Shown one piece after another: positions 50,716 to 59,379 of a DNA stretch of 64,000 nucleotides (position 1 is its first letter; each line of letters opens with the position of its first letter). The position numbers and the translations under genes are program-made. Below the pieces are notes generated by a model that was not told the origin of the DNA, made no database searches, and saw only the letters and a list, made by a program, of their open reading frames with translations. The DNA is from a virus, in the IMG/VR virus record IMGVR_UViG_3300009709_000003, positions 96,709-160,708 of that record; one strand, written 5' to 3'.

Positions 50716-50994
50716 GTTATGCTCCGTTAAGACTTTGTAGTTCTAGAATGATTTGGTCATATGGGTTGTTGTTGATATTTTTTATTCTATTCTCGTAAAC
50801 TCGTTCTAGTTGAATTTTAGCCAACTGTAGAACTTTATTGGTGGCTTGCAAATTGGCTTCTTCTAATGTATAGCCACTTGCAGATACTTCTATCGCAAGT
50901 GTTTCGTACCCACCTATATTGAAAGTGCGACGTATAGTAACCGTCTCTGTGTGAGGACCATCTGTTATAAACATAAAATTCTATAGTAAATCGA

Positions 50995-52122
50995 CTATTT
51001 CAAATACACATAATCATTATGGTCTGGACCTGTACCGATCATAACAACAGGTAGATTAGTAGTTACTTCCATCTTGTCTACGAAGGCCCGCACCAATGGA
51101 TGCATAGTCTCAAATTCTTTACGACCACCCCTGACCTTGTATGCTGACCAATGCAAATATTGTGGAAAATTAAGAATTAGTTTAGTTGCGCCACCAAAGT
51201 CTGCTGACTCTTTCAATAACTGCCATGACTGATCGAACACGCGACGAACTTTTTTCGTAACTGTGGTTTTCTCCCTCTCAGAGAGAGTGTCTATCATATA
51301 TTGAGGCATTTCGGCCTCTTTCCCTACCTGAGCCCAAGTTACTTCATGCTGATCTGACATGACGTCACCAGAGTAGCCAATTTGAACTCCGCTAGAATCG
51401 TAGTTATTACCCACCCGGATCGGAAACGTACGAACGTTCATATAAACGTCACCCACCATGCTAGGCAGAATGCCAAAATCAGCATATGCTTGTTGTGGGG
51501 TACAATCACGAAATGTGCAAAATGGATAATGCGTACCATGATTTAAAGACAGCGCAAAACCTTGTGACACTTCATGAAGGAAAGACCCATTCTGTAGAGC
51601 AGCACGTACCGCATACACATACTCCATAGGCGTCATGGCGTGATGCAATTCCCCCCACAATTCGACATCCTGCTGACGCATAGCTTTATCGGTATACGCA
51701 GCACCGCTACCCGACATCGTAGAGGAAATACGTAAAGTAGATTGTGTGCCACCCTGTGCCTCAGCGTCTCTGTGGCGTTGTTCAACAATCATAGCTCTGG
51801 GATGAATATTTACATCAGACAAACTGTATCCGGTTTGGCTAAGTTCTTTACGTAATTGTTGTCTTTCTATACCAGAGTTGGGACCAACCCACAGTTTAGA
51901 AACCTTAGTAGCAAGTACAGTAGATTTAAGTGCGGCTCCAGTTGGTAAGATTTTACCAACAAATTTATACTCACCATTGATGTAAGTATGTCCAGCGTTT
52001 GGATAATTCAGTGACGATAGATTAGGTGTATCAAAAATATCTGCCAGACGAGACGATGCGGCTCCTTTAGCGGAGCTGCCCCAAGCACTATCGTATATAG
52101 AATTGAACTTATTACCAATCAT
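50995..52122 (-). CDS. purZ: PurZ-like adenylosuccinate synthetase paralogue
   Basis: WGSSAKG (Ser where PurA has the catalytic Asp of GDEGKG), PNAGHT, SQG...YPFCT, RTFPIRV, TTVTKKVRR, LNFPQY in place of TKLD; 375 aa. Confidence 0.8.
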   Translation of the reverse strand: MIGNKFNSIYDSAWGSSAKGAASSRLADIFDTPNLSSLNYPNAGHTYINGEYKFVGKILPTGAALKSTVLATKVSKLWVGPNSGIERQQLRKELSQTGYSLSDVNIHPRAMIVEQRHRDAEAQGGTQSTLRISSTMSGSGAAYTDKAMRQQDVELWGELHHAMTPMEYVYAVRAALQNGSFLHEVSQGFALSLNHGTHYPFCTFRDCTPQQAYADFGILPSMVGDVYMNVRTFPIRVGNNYDSSGVQIGYSGDVMSDQHEVTWAQVGKEAEMPQYMIDTLSEREKTTVTKKVRRVFDQSWQLLKESADFGGATKLILNFPQYLHWSAYKVRGGRKEFETMHPLVRAFVDKMEVTTNLPVVMIGTGPDHNDYVYLK

Positions 52123-52133
52123 GTAAAATCCCT

Positions 52134-52367
52134 TCAGATCATATCTGAAATATTATCAGGTACGGTGGTATGAACTTTTAATACCACTCTATCTTTTTCA
52201 TCTAAAAACAACCACGTTGGATAATGGATCACACGATGTTTAGTCAAAAAATGCAACTCATCCAATGGAGCGGTTTCAAACGTAATCCTAGTAAGTGGTA
52301 GTTGAGGAGCTGGATTGTTAGGTGTTGTGCCCCTACGCTGGAAAATTACAATTCTTGTAGATCTCAT
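52134..52367 (-). CDS. thioredoxin-fold-like protein lacking CxxC
   Basis: HRVIHYPTWLFLD..RVV C-terminal Trx pattern; no cysteine; follows nrdB. Confidence 0.45.
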   Translation of the reverse strand: MRSTRIVIFQRRGTTPNNPAPQLPLTRITFETAPLDELHFLTKHRVIHYPTWLFLDEKDRVVLKVHTTVPDNISDMI

Positions 52368-52369
52368 GT

Positions 52370-53368
52370 TTAAAACTTTTCGTCAAAAGATACATTACCA
52401 TCTACAGCACTGATATAATTCGTAACTCGCGCTTCGAAAAAATTAGTGTGTACCTGGGTATCATTTAAAATCATAAAATTATATGGGTTCTCCACACCAT
52501 ACATAGGTGCTAAACCAAAATCCTTCATACGCAAATCTGCAGTATATTTAATAAATTGATGCATGCTAGACTTGCTTAGACCAACTACACCATAGTCTAG
52601 CGTATCGTCAGCGAAACCCATCTCACACGCAACGGCCTCTTGAAGCATGCTAGCGACCGACTTATTAAAGGTCGCTGGAAACAAATCAGGACGTTCACGA
52701 CGTACGATATTAATAATCTCTAATGCAAAATTAAGGTGGTTACCTTCATCACGCATAGTCCATTCCGTGCCAGTGCTTAAACCAGGCAATAAACCACGAC
52801 TACGTAAAGCATAAATATATGCAAACGCACTCATGAAAAATAGTCCTTCAACACCTAGAGCAAAAGCTGCCAAATTAATCATAAATTGCTTAATTTGTTC
52901 GTCCGTGTCCAGACTATTGATTGACATGATTGGATCAACCCACTTAGCACAAAATCTAGCCTTTTTGGCTATCGACGGAATTTTCTCTACAGCTTGAAAC
53001 ATTGCTGTGCGTTCATCGTGGTCAGGGACATACGTATCAAGCAGTCTCAAATAGAAATCGACATGGTTATTTTCCTCAAATAACTGTCTGCCTAAATACA
53101 TTCTGGCTTCAGGAGAGTTAATATGCCTATAAAGATTCAAGGCTAAATTATTGGCTACAATAGTGTCTCCTGTAGCAAAAAATGCCACCAAACGATTAAC
53201 CATGTGTCGTTCAGCCGGCGTCAATTTACGTTTAAGATCAATAACATCAGTCTTAAAATCAATTTCCTGTGGAGACCAATTAGAAGCTACCGCATCTGTG
53301 TACATCTTATACAACTGAGGGTATTTCATAGGACGAAGAGTAAGATTTTGGCCAACGTCAAGTATCAT
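52370..53368 (-). CDS. nrdB: ribonucleotide reductase class Ia beta subunit
   Basis: W.PQEI, FFATGD, EENNH..FY, VEGLFF, RDEGNH, NFFE.RV..Y. Confidence 0.96.
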   Translation of the reverse strand: MILDVGQNLTLRPMKYPQLYKMYTDAVASNWSPQEIDFKTDVIDLKRKLTPAERHMVNRLVAFFATGDTIVANNLALNLYRHINSPEARMYLGRQLFEENNHVDFYLRLLDTYVPDHDERTAMFQAVEKIPSIAKKARFCAKWVDPIMSINSLDTDEQIKQFMINLAAFALGVEGLFFMSAFAYIYALRSRGLLPGLSTGTEWTMRDEGNHLNFALEIINIVRRERPDLFPATFNKSVASMLQEAVACEMGFADDTLDYGVVGLSKSSMHQFIKYTADLRMKDFGLAPMYGVENPYNFMILNDTQVHTNFFEARVTNYISAVDGNVSFDEKF

Positions 53369-53383
53369 ACTAAATCCATATAG

Positions 53384-55648
53384 TTATGTGCATGCTTCGC
53401 AATATTCAGGGTTTTCTAAAGAACAAGCAACAGCAGCAGTATCTGTTATGGTAAACTGCTTAAGCTTGGTTGCTGCACGGCTACGCAAATAATAAGAAGA
53501 TTTCAACCCCGAGTCATGCAAATAAGAGTACATGGACGACAGCTTACCGATGGTAGGTTGTTCCATAAACAAATTAAGTGATTGACTCTGGTCTACATAC
53601 GCACCACGCTCTGCTGCCATATCAATAAGTGATTTTTGCGACATTTCCCACGCTGTTTTGTATAGTACTTTTATACTATCAGGCAAACCATTAATATTTT
53701 GAATAGAACCTTCTGCCTGTTTTATGATATTTTTAATCTCGTCAGTCCACATGCCCAATGCACGCAAATGCGACACCAGATATTTATTAATTTGGATAAA
53801 ATCACCCGACATCGTCTTTCTAGTGAAGAGATTTGAAACCAAAGGTTCAATACTCTCATAACAACCAGCTATTGAAGCGATTGTTGCAGTAGGAGCAATC
53901 GCAATCAACAAAGAATTACGCAATCCATGCTGTGCTATTTCAGTTTTTAGAGACGCCCAATCATAATTCATATACGAAGCCGGTTCCTTCCACAAGTCAA
54001 ATTGTAGTAGACCGTTAGCAGCCTTCGTTTCATAAAAAGTTTGATGTGGCCCAAATTTTTTGGCTAACTCGCAAGATGCTCTAAGCGCATAAAAGTAAAT
54101 AGTCTCGTGGATAGAAGTACTTAACTTTTTAGCTTCACTTGACTCGAATGGCAGTCCTAACTTCAAAAATACATCATGCAAACCCATTACACCCAAACCA
54201 ATTGGTCGCCATTGGTTATTCGAGTACTTTGCCTCTTTTATTTGATAAAGATTTCCATCTATTACCCTATCTAGGGATGGCACCACAGACGTTACAATCG
54301 TTCCAAGTAACTCATGATTAAATTGTTTATTCTCAGTTACTAGTTTAGCTAGATTAATAGAACCTAAATTACATACAGCCGTCTCTGACTCTGAAGTAAC
54401 TTCCTCAATTTCAGTGCACAAATTACTACTATGAATAGTACGCCCAGACTTACCAGTCTGGTTGCTCTTTAAATTTGCATGATCTTTGAAGCACATCCAA
54501 CCGTTTCCGGTTTCTCCAATAGTGCGCATCATAGCAGCATACAAAGTTCTAGCAGGTAACTGTTTTTTAGCTAGCCCGCGCTCTTCAGCTTCCATGTATG
54601 CTTCTTCAAAAGAAACACCGTATAGATCAACAAAGTGAGGAACATCTGCGGGGTCAAATAAAGACCATTGCATATCTTTTTCGACACGATGCATAAAGAG
54701 AGATGGAACCCAATTTGCGATGTTAAGATTGTAAGTACGGCGTGATGGATCACCCGTTTGATTTTTTAGTTCCAAAAAATCTTCAATGTCGGCATGCCAT
54801 GTTTCCATGTAAACAGCACAAGCCCCTTTACGTTTTGACCCCTGAGACACAGCTGCAACAGATGAATCTAGAGTTTTGATAAATGGGACAATACCAAATG
54901 ACTTACCATTTGTACCACGAATCAATGATCCCTCTGACCGCAAACGACTAAAGGACACACCTATACCACCAGAAAACTTAGACAGCCGAGCCACATCAGA
55001 ATATGTCTTATAAATAGCCTCTAAATCGTCTTGTGGGCTATCCATTAAAAAACAGGACGACATCTGTGTATGAGTTGTGCCAGAATTAAAAAGCGTAGGA
55101 GATGAAGGCAAATAGGACAAAGTCGCCATCAAATGATACAAATTTAATGCGTCTTCCCTAGTAAAAGAAAGTCCAAGAGCAACACGCATAAAGAAATATT
55201 GAGGAGACTCAATAATCTGTTGAGTAACAGGATCTCTCAACAAATATCTATCGTAAACTGTTTGCAGACCAAAATATTCAAAATGTTTGGTGGTGTAACT
55301 AGCACATATTTCTGGGGACAAATTAAACTTATAAGCAAATGCTAAAGTGCGATCCGAGACTAACTTGGTGGCATGACCGTGTTCAATAGACTCAGTAAAC
55401 GAAGTTATGCCAGATTCCACTAATTCTAGATTGATCTTATCATTTAAAAGATTCACAGCAACCTTAGAATAATTAGGCTCTTGTGCAATCATCATATCTG
55501 CTGTGGTGATAGCGAGATTCACCATTTCTCTATAGGATGTACTATCTGATACACCACTGTAGACCTTTTCTATCAAAACATCAGCGTCTACAAAATCAAC
55601 ATCAACACAAGCGTCCTTAATAAAGGAAAAATTATATGTCGCAGTCAT
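53384..55648 (-). CDS. nrdA: ribonucleotide reductase class Ia alpha subunit
   Basis: PTLFNSG, SSCF, SNLCTEI, VCNLGS, APTAT, SQSLNL, YYLR, C-terminal CEAC. Confidence 0.97.
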   Translation of the reverse strand: MTATYNFSFIKDACVDVDFVDADVLIEKVYSGVSDSTSYREMVNLAITTADMMIAQEPNYSKVAVNLLNDKINLELVESGITSFTESIEHGHATKLVSDRTLAFAYKFNLSPEICASYTTKHFEYFGLQTVYDRYLLRDPVTQQIIESPQYFFMRVALGLSFTREDALNLYHLMATLSYLPSSPTLFNSGTTHTQMSSCFLMDSPQDDLEAIYKTYSDVARLSKFSGGIGVSFSRLRSEGSLIRGTNGKSFGIVPFIKTLDSSVAAVSQGSKRKGACAVYMETWHADIEDFLELKNQTGDPSRRTYNLNIANWVPSLFMHRVEKDMQWSLFDPADVPHFVDLYGVSFEEAYMEAEERGLAKKQLPARTLYAAMMRTIGETGNGWMCFKDHANLKSNQTGKSGRTIHSSNLCTEIEEVTSESETAVCNLGSINLAKLVTENKQFNHELLGTIVTSVVPSLDRVIDGNLYQIKEAKYSNNQWRPIGLGVMGLHDVFLKLGLPFESSEAKKLSTSIHETIYFYALRASCELAKKFGPHQTFYETKAANGLLQFDLWKEPASYMNYDWASLKTEIAQHGLRNSLLIAIAPTATIASIAGCYESIEPLVSNLFTRKTMSGDFIQINKYLVSHLRALGMWTDEIKNIIKQAEGSIQNINGLPDSIKVLYKTAWEMSQKSLIDMAAERGAYVDQSQSLNLFMEQPTIGKLSSMYSYLHDSGLKSSYYLRSRAATKLKQFTITDTAAVACSLENPEYCEACT

Positions 55649-55744
55649 AATTATTAGAATTCCGAGTAGGTGTAGAAAACGCGGGTATAAAAGAGCATTC
55701 CGACAGATTATTCGGTGTATGTGAGATAGATGGAAATTTCAATA

Positions 55745-56605
55745 CTAAATCAAACCGACATTACGCATAGCGATTTTCATATGGTCGGCTGCTTCAGATG
55801 GGTGAGAAACAATAAAATCAATCATATTCGAGCGAATACGACTCATACGTGACGCGACAAAAGTCTTGTTTACACCAAGTTTGTCACCAATTGCCTGGCA
55901 ATAGTTCACCACATTCTCAAAATCTAGGTACCCATCCTCGGTATCCGGGTTGTTAACCAACAATCCCACAATTTGAGCAGAGCGGGTTTCCTTACCATTA
56001 TGCTGTAACTGCTGCTGGAATTCCATCATAAGATCATGTAGGAGACCTTGTATCATATTCTCATCGGTACTCACATCTACAGCCGGTTGTGTAGCAAGCT
56101 GTACTACACCATCATACACGTGTTGTGTCACAGTTTGTGTGTGTGACTGACATTTCGGGCAAGTGTGTTTATGGTCTTGTACTCCTGTATATCCACATGC
56201 GATACACTGTTTCTTTATATTTTTACGGTATACGTTTACTACATAATTACGAACCCCAAATTGACCCTGCATACGAAGATAGTACATAGGATTATTTTGA
56301 GAATACTTTCCCGCGTCTTCTACTGTATCTCCGTTTTTTTCTGCTGGAGGCCCAAATAATTTAGCTTTAGGGAGATACTTGAAAACAGTTTCCCAAAAAA
56401 CCGACACCAAATCGTGTCTATCATATAAGTACTGGTGGTGATTGGTAAGATCTTTACGTACCAAGTCAAATACATGACCCTGACGTTTCAGATTTGTAGT
56501 AGTGTAGTTCTCTATCCCAGACACAGCATCCATAAATGCTTGCACCTGCTTATTTTGACGTACATTAATGAGAAGTTCGTTGGCGTAGTCGTTTTCAATG
56601 CGCAT
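55745..56605 (-). CDS. divergent sigma-factor-like protein with Zn ribbon insert
   Basis: Region-2-like HDLVSVFWETVFKYL; CIAC...CPKC; region-4-like QAIGDKLGVNKTFVASRMSRIR. Confidence 0.55.
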   Translation of the reverse strand: MRIENDYANELLINVRQNKQVQAFMDAVSGIENYTTTNLKRQGHVFDLVRKDLTNHHQYLYDRHDLVSVFWETVFKYLPKAKLFGPPAEKNGDTVEDAGKYSQNNPMYYLRMQGQFGVRNYVVNVYRKNIKKQCIACGYTGVQDHKHTCPKCQSHTQTVTQHVYDGVVQLATQPAVDVSTDENMIQGLLHDLMMEFQQQLQHNGKETRSAQIVGLLVNNPDTEDGYLDFENVVNYCQAIGDKLGVNKTFVASRMSRIRSNMIDFIVSHPSEAADHMKIAMRNVGLI

Positions 56606-56634
56606 GTGAGTGTAGCTCCTTAAATGAATAAGTT

Positions 56635-56650
56635 TGCAATGCTTGTGCCA
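56635..56650 (-). promoter_or_regulatory. sigma54 (-24/-12) promoter
   Basis: Minus strand TGGCACAAGCATTGCA; intergenic; followed by AAGGAG (56616-56621) and ATG at 56605. Confidence 0.72.
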
Positions 56651-56706
56651 CAGTAGAATTTGTTTATTTGACGCGGTATAGTTTAATGTTAAGTTTAATT
56701 TTTATC

Positions 56707-56731
56707 TTACACATCGTTACATTGTATTACA
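56707..56731. repeat. phased TTACA direct repeats (3 copies, 10-bp period), candidate activator-binding site
   Basis: TTACA at 56707, 56717 and 56727 in AT-rich intergenic DNA upstream of the sigma54 promoter. Confidence 0.55.
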
Positions 56732-56795
56732 TTTTTGTTATCGCAGCCCTTCGTAAAACCTCTCTGTTAAGAGGAGAAGGCGCATAGTGTTTAAG

Positions 56796-58556
56796 TTAAA
56801 GTTTAGTGTTTACTCCAAAAGCATGAGTCTTACGCCCTGCTTGAAAACTACTGTTCCGTGGGGCTGCTAACACACTCGTTTGATGAGTGTCGAAGAAACT
56901 GATACGTTTTAATTCTGGTTTAAACCCAAAATTAAGAGAAACGTTTTCGTTTTCTTCTATGTTAAGCTGCCCCTCTAAGTATTGAACGCATTCGTTGTCT
57001 TTAAACATCGACTGAATTAAACCAGTGTAATGCGTTTTTACTTTTTCTAAGGCTCTGTCAGGTACATCATCTACTTTTGTAACAAGCGGACCTTTATTAT
57101 CGGGCCAGAGATATAGAGTTGTTGACTCGCCATCTCCACAAAGCAATTGATACTGTTCAGTAGTTGAAACCTGGGCTGTCTCTTGACTAAGTTCATGAAT
57201 GTGACGCCTAGGTGCCTTAGTTTTATAAACAAAGGTATGACCTATTTGTACACGGATACGGTTAGTTAACCTACCTTTTAAATTTAAAGTCGATATTACT
57301 TGTTCGGCTTGTCTGTCTGGGTTAGGATTACCAGTTCGAAGTTTACCCATACCTTGTTTGATTAGGTGGGCCTTACGTTTTTGACTTATGTTAGCATTTG
57401 TGAAGTCATCTACGTCAAATTCAAAACCACGTGGTATGGTTTCACCCAATCCAAGGTCAATAATTCTCTTAGTGTATCTTTGACATGTAGTGCGATCAAT
57501 GTGTAAAATAGAGGCATGAGCGCCTCTGTTCATTCCATCACAAGAATATGCTACACAGATGCTATGATAAAGAAGCGCGCACGTATCTCGATTTGAAGCA
57601 CCAAATAAATATTTTGAAGGAATTGAGATAAGTTTTACATTTTTATAAAATGTCTCAATACTTACCGGGTTACCTGCTTCAGCGAATGCAGTTTTTGGAT
57701 TAGCGTAGGTGTCTATTTCTTCATATTTGCGATGTGTTGGGATATCTACACCACAATTATTTTCCACAGTTTTATTATCAAACTTAATTAAAAATTGTAC
57801 CCAGTCGTCATGGGTAAAATTAATGTTATATCTATATTTAAGCGCTATACATTTAGCTTCTAGTTCAGAAATAGGAATAGACGCAGAACTTTTCTTTAGT
57901 AGGTGGCTTGTTGCCTTTAACTTCCTATATTCTACCTGAAATTTTTTACGAGAAGTTTCAGCAAGAATATAAGCGCGTTGAGACAGATTCATGTCTGTGT
58001 CGCGCCTTGGCGAATCTTCTATTTTGCTGTCAAAATCACCATACCATGCGTAAGTATCGCCATTTTCTTTATATTGAAGTTCTAGCGGCTGTTTGCCGCT
58101 ATTTTTATACTGGTATAGATTTTGAGTTACAGTTCTATAGTCTTGGTCCATAGCAGCTGCTATTGCTGCTGCTACAGTTTTATGATTGTGTGGCCGAATG
58201 AAATCTTTAGTATGTATAATGTTGGTTTCTGCAAAATCTGCCACGCTAGATAGCATACGATTTGCAATCTTATCTACATTTATACGAGAATTACCGATGC
58301 GTTTGTAGAACTCAGTGGCTATTGTTTTAAATTTACTGTATCTAATCCAACCAGTAAATTTTTTATTCGATTCTTTAGCTATCTGAATATATACGCGATT
58401 TACTTGACGCAAAACCAACCACAACGAATATTCAGCTGATTGGTTGTATTTTGACACCCATATGTTTATATTAGACTGTACACTTATAGGAACTTCATTG
58501 TGAAGTTCTACGACTCTATCTACTAGATAGTCTAATGTGTACTTATTATTAACCAT
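56796..58556 (-). CDS. large basic hypothetical protein with HTH-like segment
   Basis: 586 aa; MNRGAHASILHIDRTTCQRYTKRIIDLGL winged-HTH pattern. Confidence 0.55.
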   Translation of the reverse strand: MVNNKYTLDYLVDRVVELHNEVPISVQSNINIWVSKYNQSAEYSLWLVLRQVNRVYIQIAKESNKKFTGWIRYSKFKTIATEFYKRIGNSRINVDKIANRMLSSVADFAETNIIHTKDFIRPHNHKTVAAAIAAAMDQDYRTVTQNLYQYKNSGKQPLELQYKENGDTYAWYGDFDSKIEDSPRRDTDMNLSQRAYILAETSRKKFQVEYRKLKATSHLLKKSSASIPISELEAKCIALKYRYNINFTHDDWVQFLIKFDNKTVENNCGVDIPTHRKYEEIDTYANPKTAFAEAGNPVSIETFYKNVKLISIPSKYLFGASNRDTCALLYHSICVAYSCDGMNRGAHASILHIDRTTCQRYTKRIIDLGLGETIPRGFEFDVDDFTNANISQKRKAHLIKQGMGKLRTGNPNPDRQAEQVISTLNLKGRLTNRIRVQIGHTFVYKTKAPRRHIHELSQETAQVSTTEQYQLLCGDGESTTLYLWPDNKGPLVTKVDDVPDRALEKVKTHYTGLIQSMFKDNECVQYLEGQLNIEENENVSLNFGFKPELKRISFFDTHQTSVLAAPRNSSFQAGRKTHAFGVNTKL

Positions 58557-58579
58557 TAAAAGACAGCATCAAAGAACAA

Positions 58580-59053
58580 TCACGTTGAGTTATTTTTTGT
58601 TAGATTGAGCGCAGAAATTTGTGATCTAAGCCAGTCCATGTCAAATAGACTTCCTGGACATGCGTGGGCGACCGTCAGTTTTTCAGGGAAAGAAGTGCCA
58701 TGTGGTCCAAGTTCGGTGTGACCACGAATTTCCGGCATATTTTGTCCGTCGTTAAGGACAATTTGTGCAACTTCTGCAACCATCTCTACAATAGAAGTAA
58801 GTTGAGCTGGTGTAGGTGTATTATTACGTGAGCCCTCAGCTGGGGCGAAATCACCATAAAGAACCAAACCTACAGAAGTTTTATTAAAGCTTAAAGCATG
58901 GTATGCAACTTCATCCCAAGCAATCATGTAATCTTTAGTTCCATCTTGTCTAATAGCTGCATGGTATGAATTTGGGTGTTCAGCGGCGTTAATCTCGGGG
59001 CCGGTAAAACCTTCCTCGGAACGATGGATTACAATATATGAAATTTGTCTCAT
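58580..59053 (-). CDS. N-acetylmuramoyl-L-alanine amidase (Amidase_2), endolysin
   Basis: IVIHRS, SYH..I..DG, AYHA..FN..SVG, PTPAQL, GHTEL, CPG. Confidence 0.9.
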   Translation of the reverse strand: MRQISYIVIHRSEEGFTGPEINAAEHPNSYHAAIRQDGTKDYMIAWDEVAYHALSFNKTSVGLVLYGDFAPAEGSRNNTPTPAQLTSIVEMVAEVAQIVLNDGQNMPEIRGHTELGPHGTSFPEKLTVAHACPGSLFDMDWLRSQISALNLTKNNST

Positions 59054-59355
59054 TTATTATGTACCACAGTAGTTTCAGCGTGTGGCGCTGAAATGGTAGG
59101 TTTTTGAGAAGCTTCTTTATTCTCATTAGTTGGATGAGTTGTTTCATGTACTTCAACTGTTGCCGCATTAGTAGGTACAACCATAGGAGCAACTGCGCCA
59201 GTTTGCGCATCCACAGTGTATTTAGAAATATCGATACCTAGTCTAGTTCCTATCATAATCAACAAAGACTGTTTTTGATGCAGCAACACTTGCTGCTTAA
59301 GAGATATATTTTCAAGACGTGTTTGTTCTACTTCTGTAAGCTTAAAGTTTGTCAT
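59050..59355 (-). CDS. hypothetical protein
   Basis: RBS GAGG; coupled to the amidase gene. Confidence 0.55.
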   Translation of the reverse strand: MTNFKLTEVEQTRLENISLKQQVLLHQKQSLLIMIGTRLGIDISKYTVDAQTGAVAPMVVPTNAATVEVHETTHPTNENKEASQKPTISAPHAETTVVHNK

Positions 59356-59379
59356 GTTTCCTCTATAATGTATGATCTA

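Noticed and set aside
50995-52122. Annotation as ordinary purA
   Set aside because: The catalytic Asp of GDEGKG, the Arg303 equivalent and the TKLD GTP motif are all replaced.
32388-55648. Inteins or introns in dnaE, primase-helicase, recA or nrdA
   Set aside because: Lengths are normal, and no intein termini or homing-endonuclease insertions interrupt the motifs.
56748-56780. Hairpin CCTTC..CCTCT-ctgtta-AGAGG.GAAGG as an intrinsic terminator
   Set aside because: Short bulged stem with no U-tract on the coding (minus) strand; not enough support.
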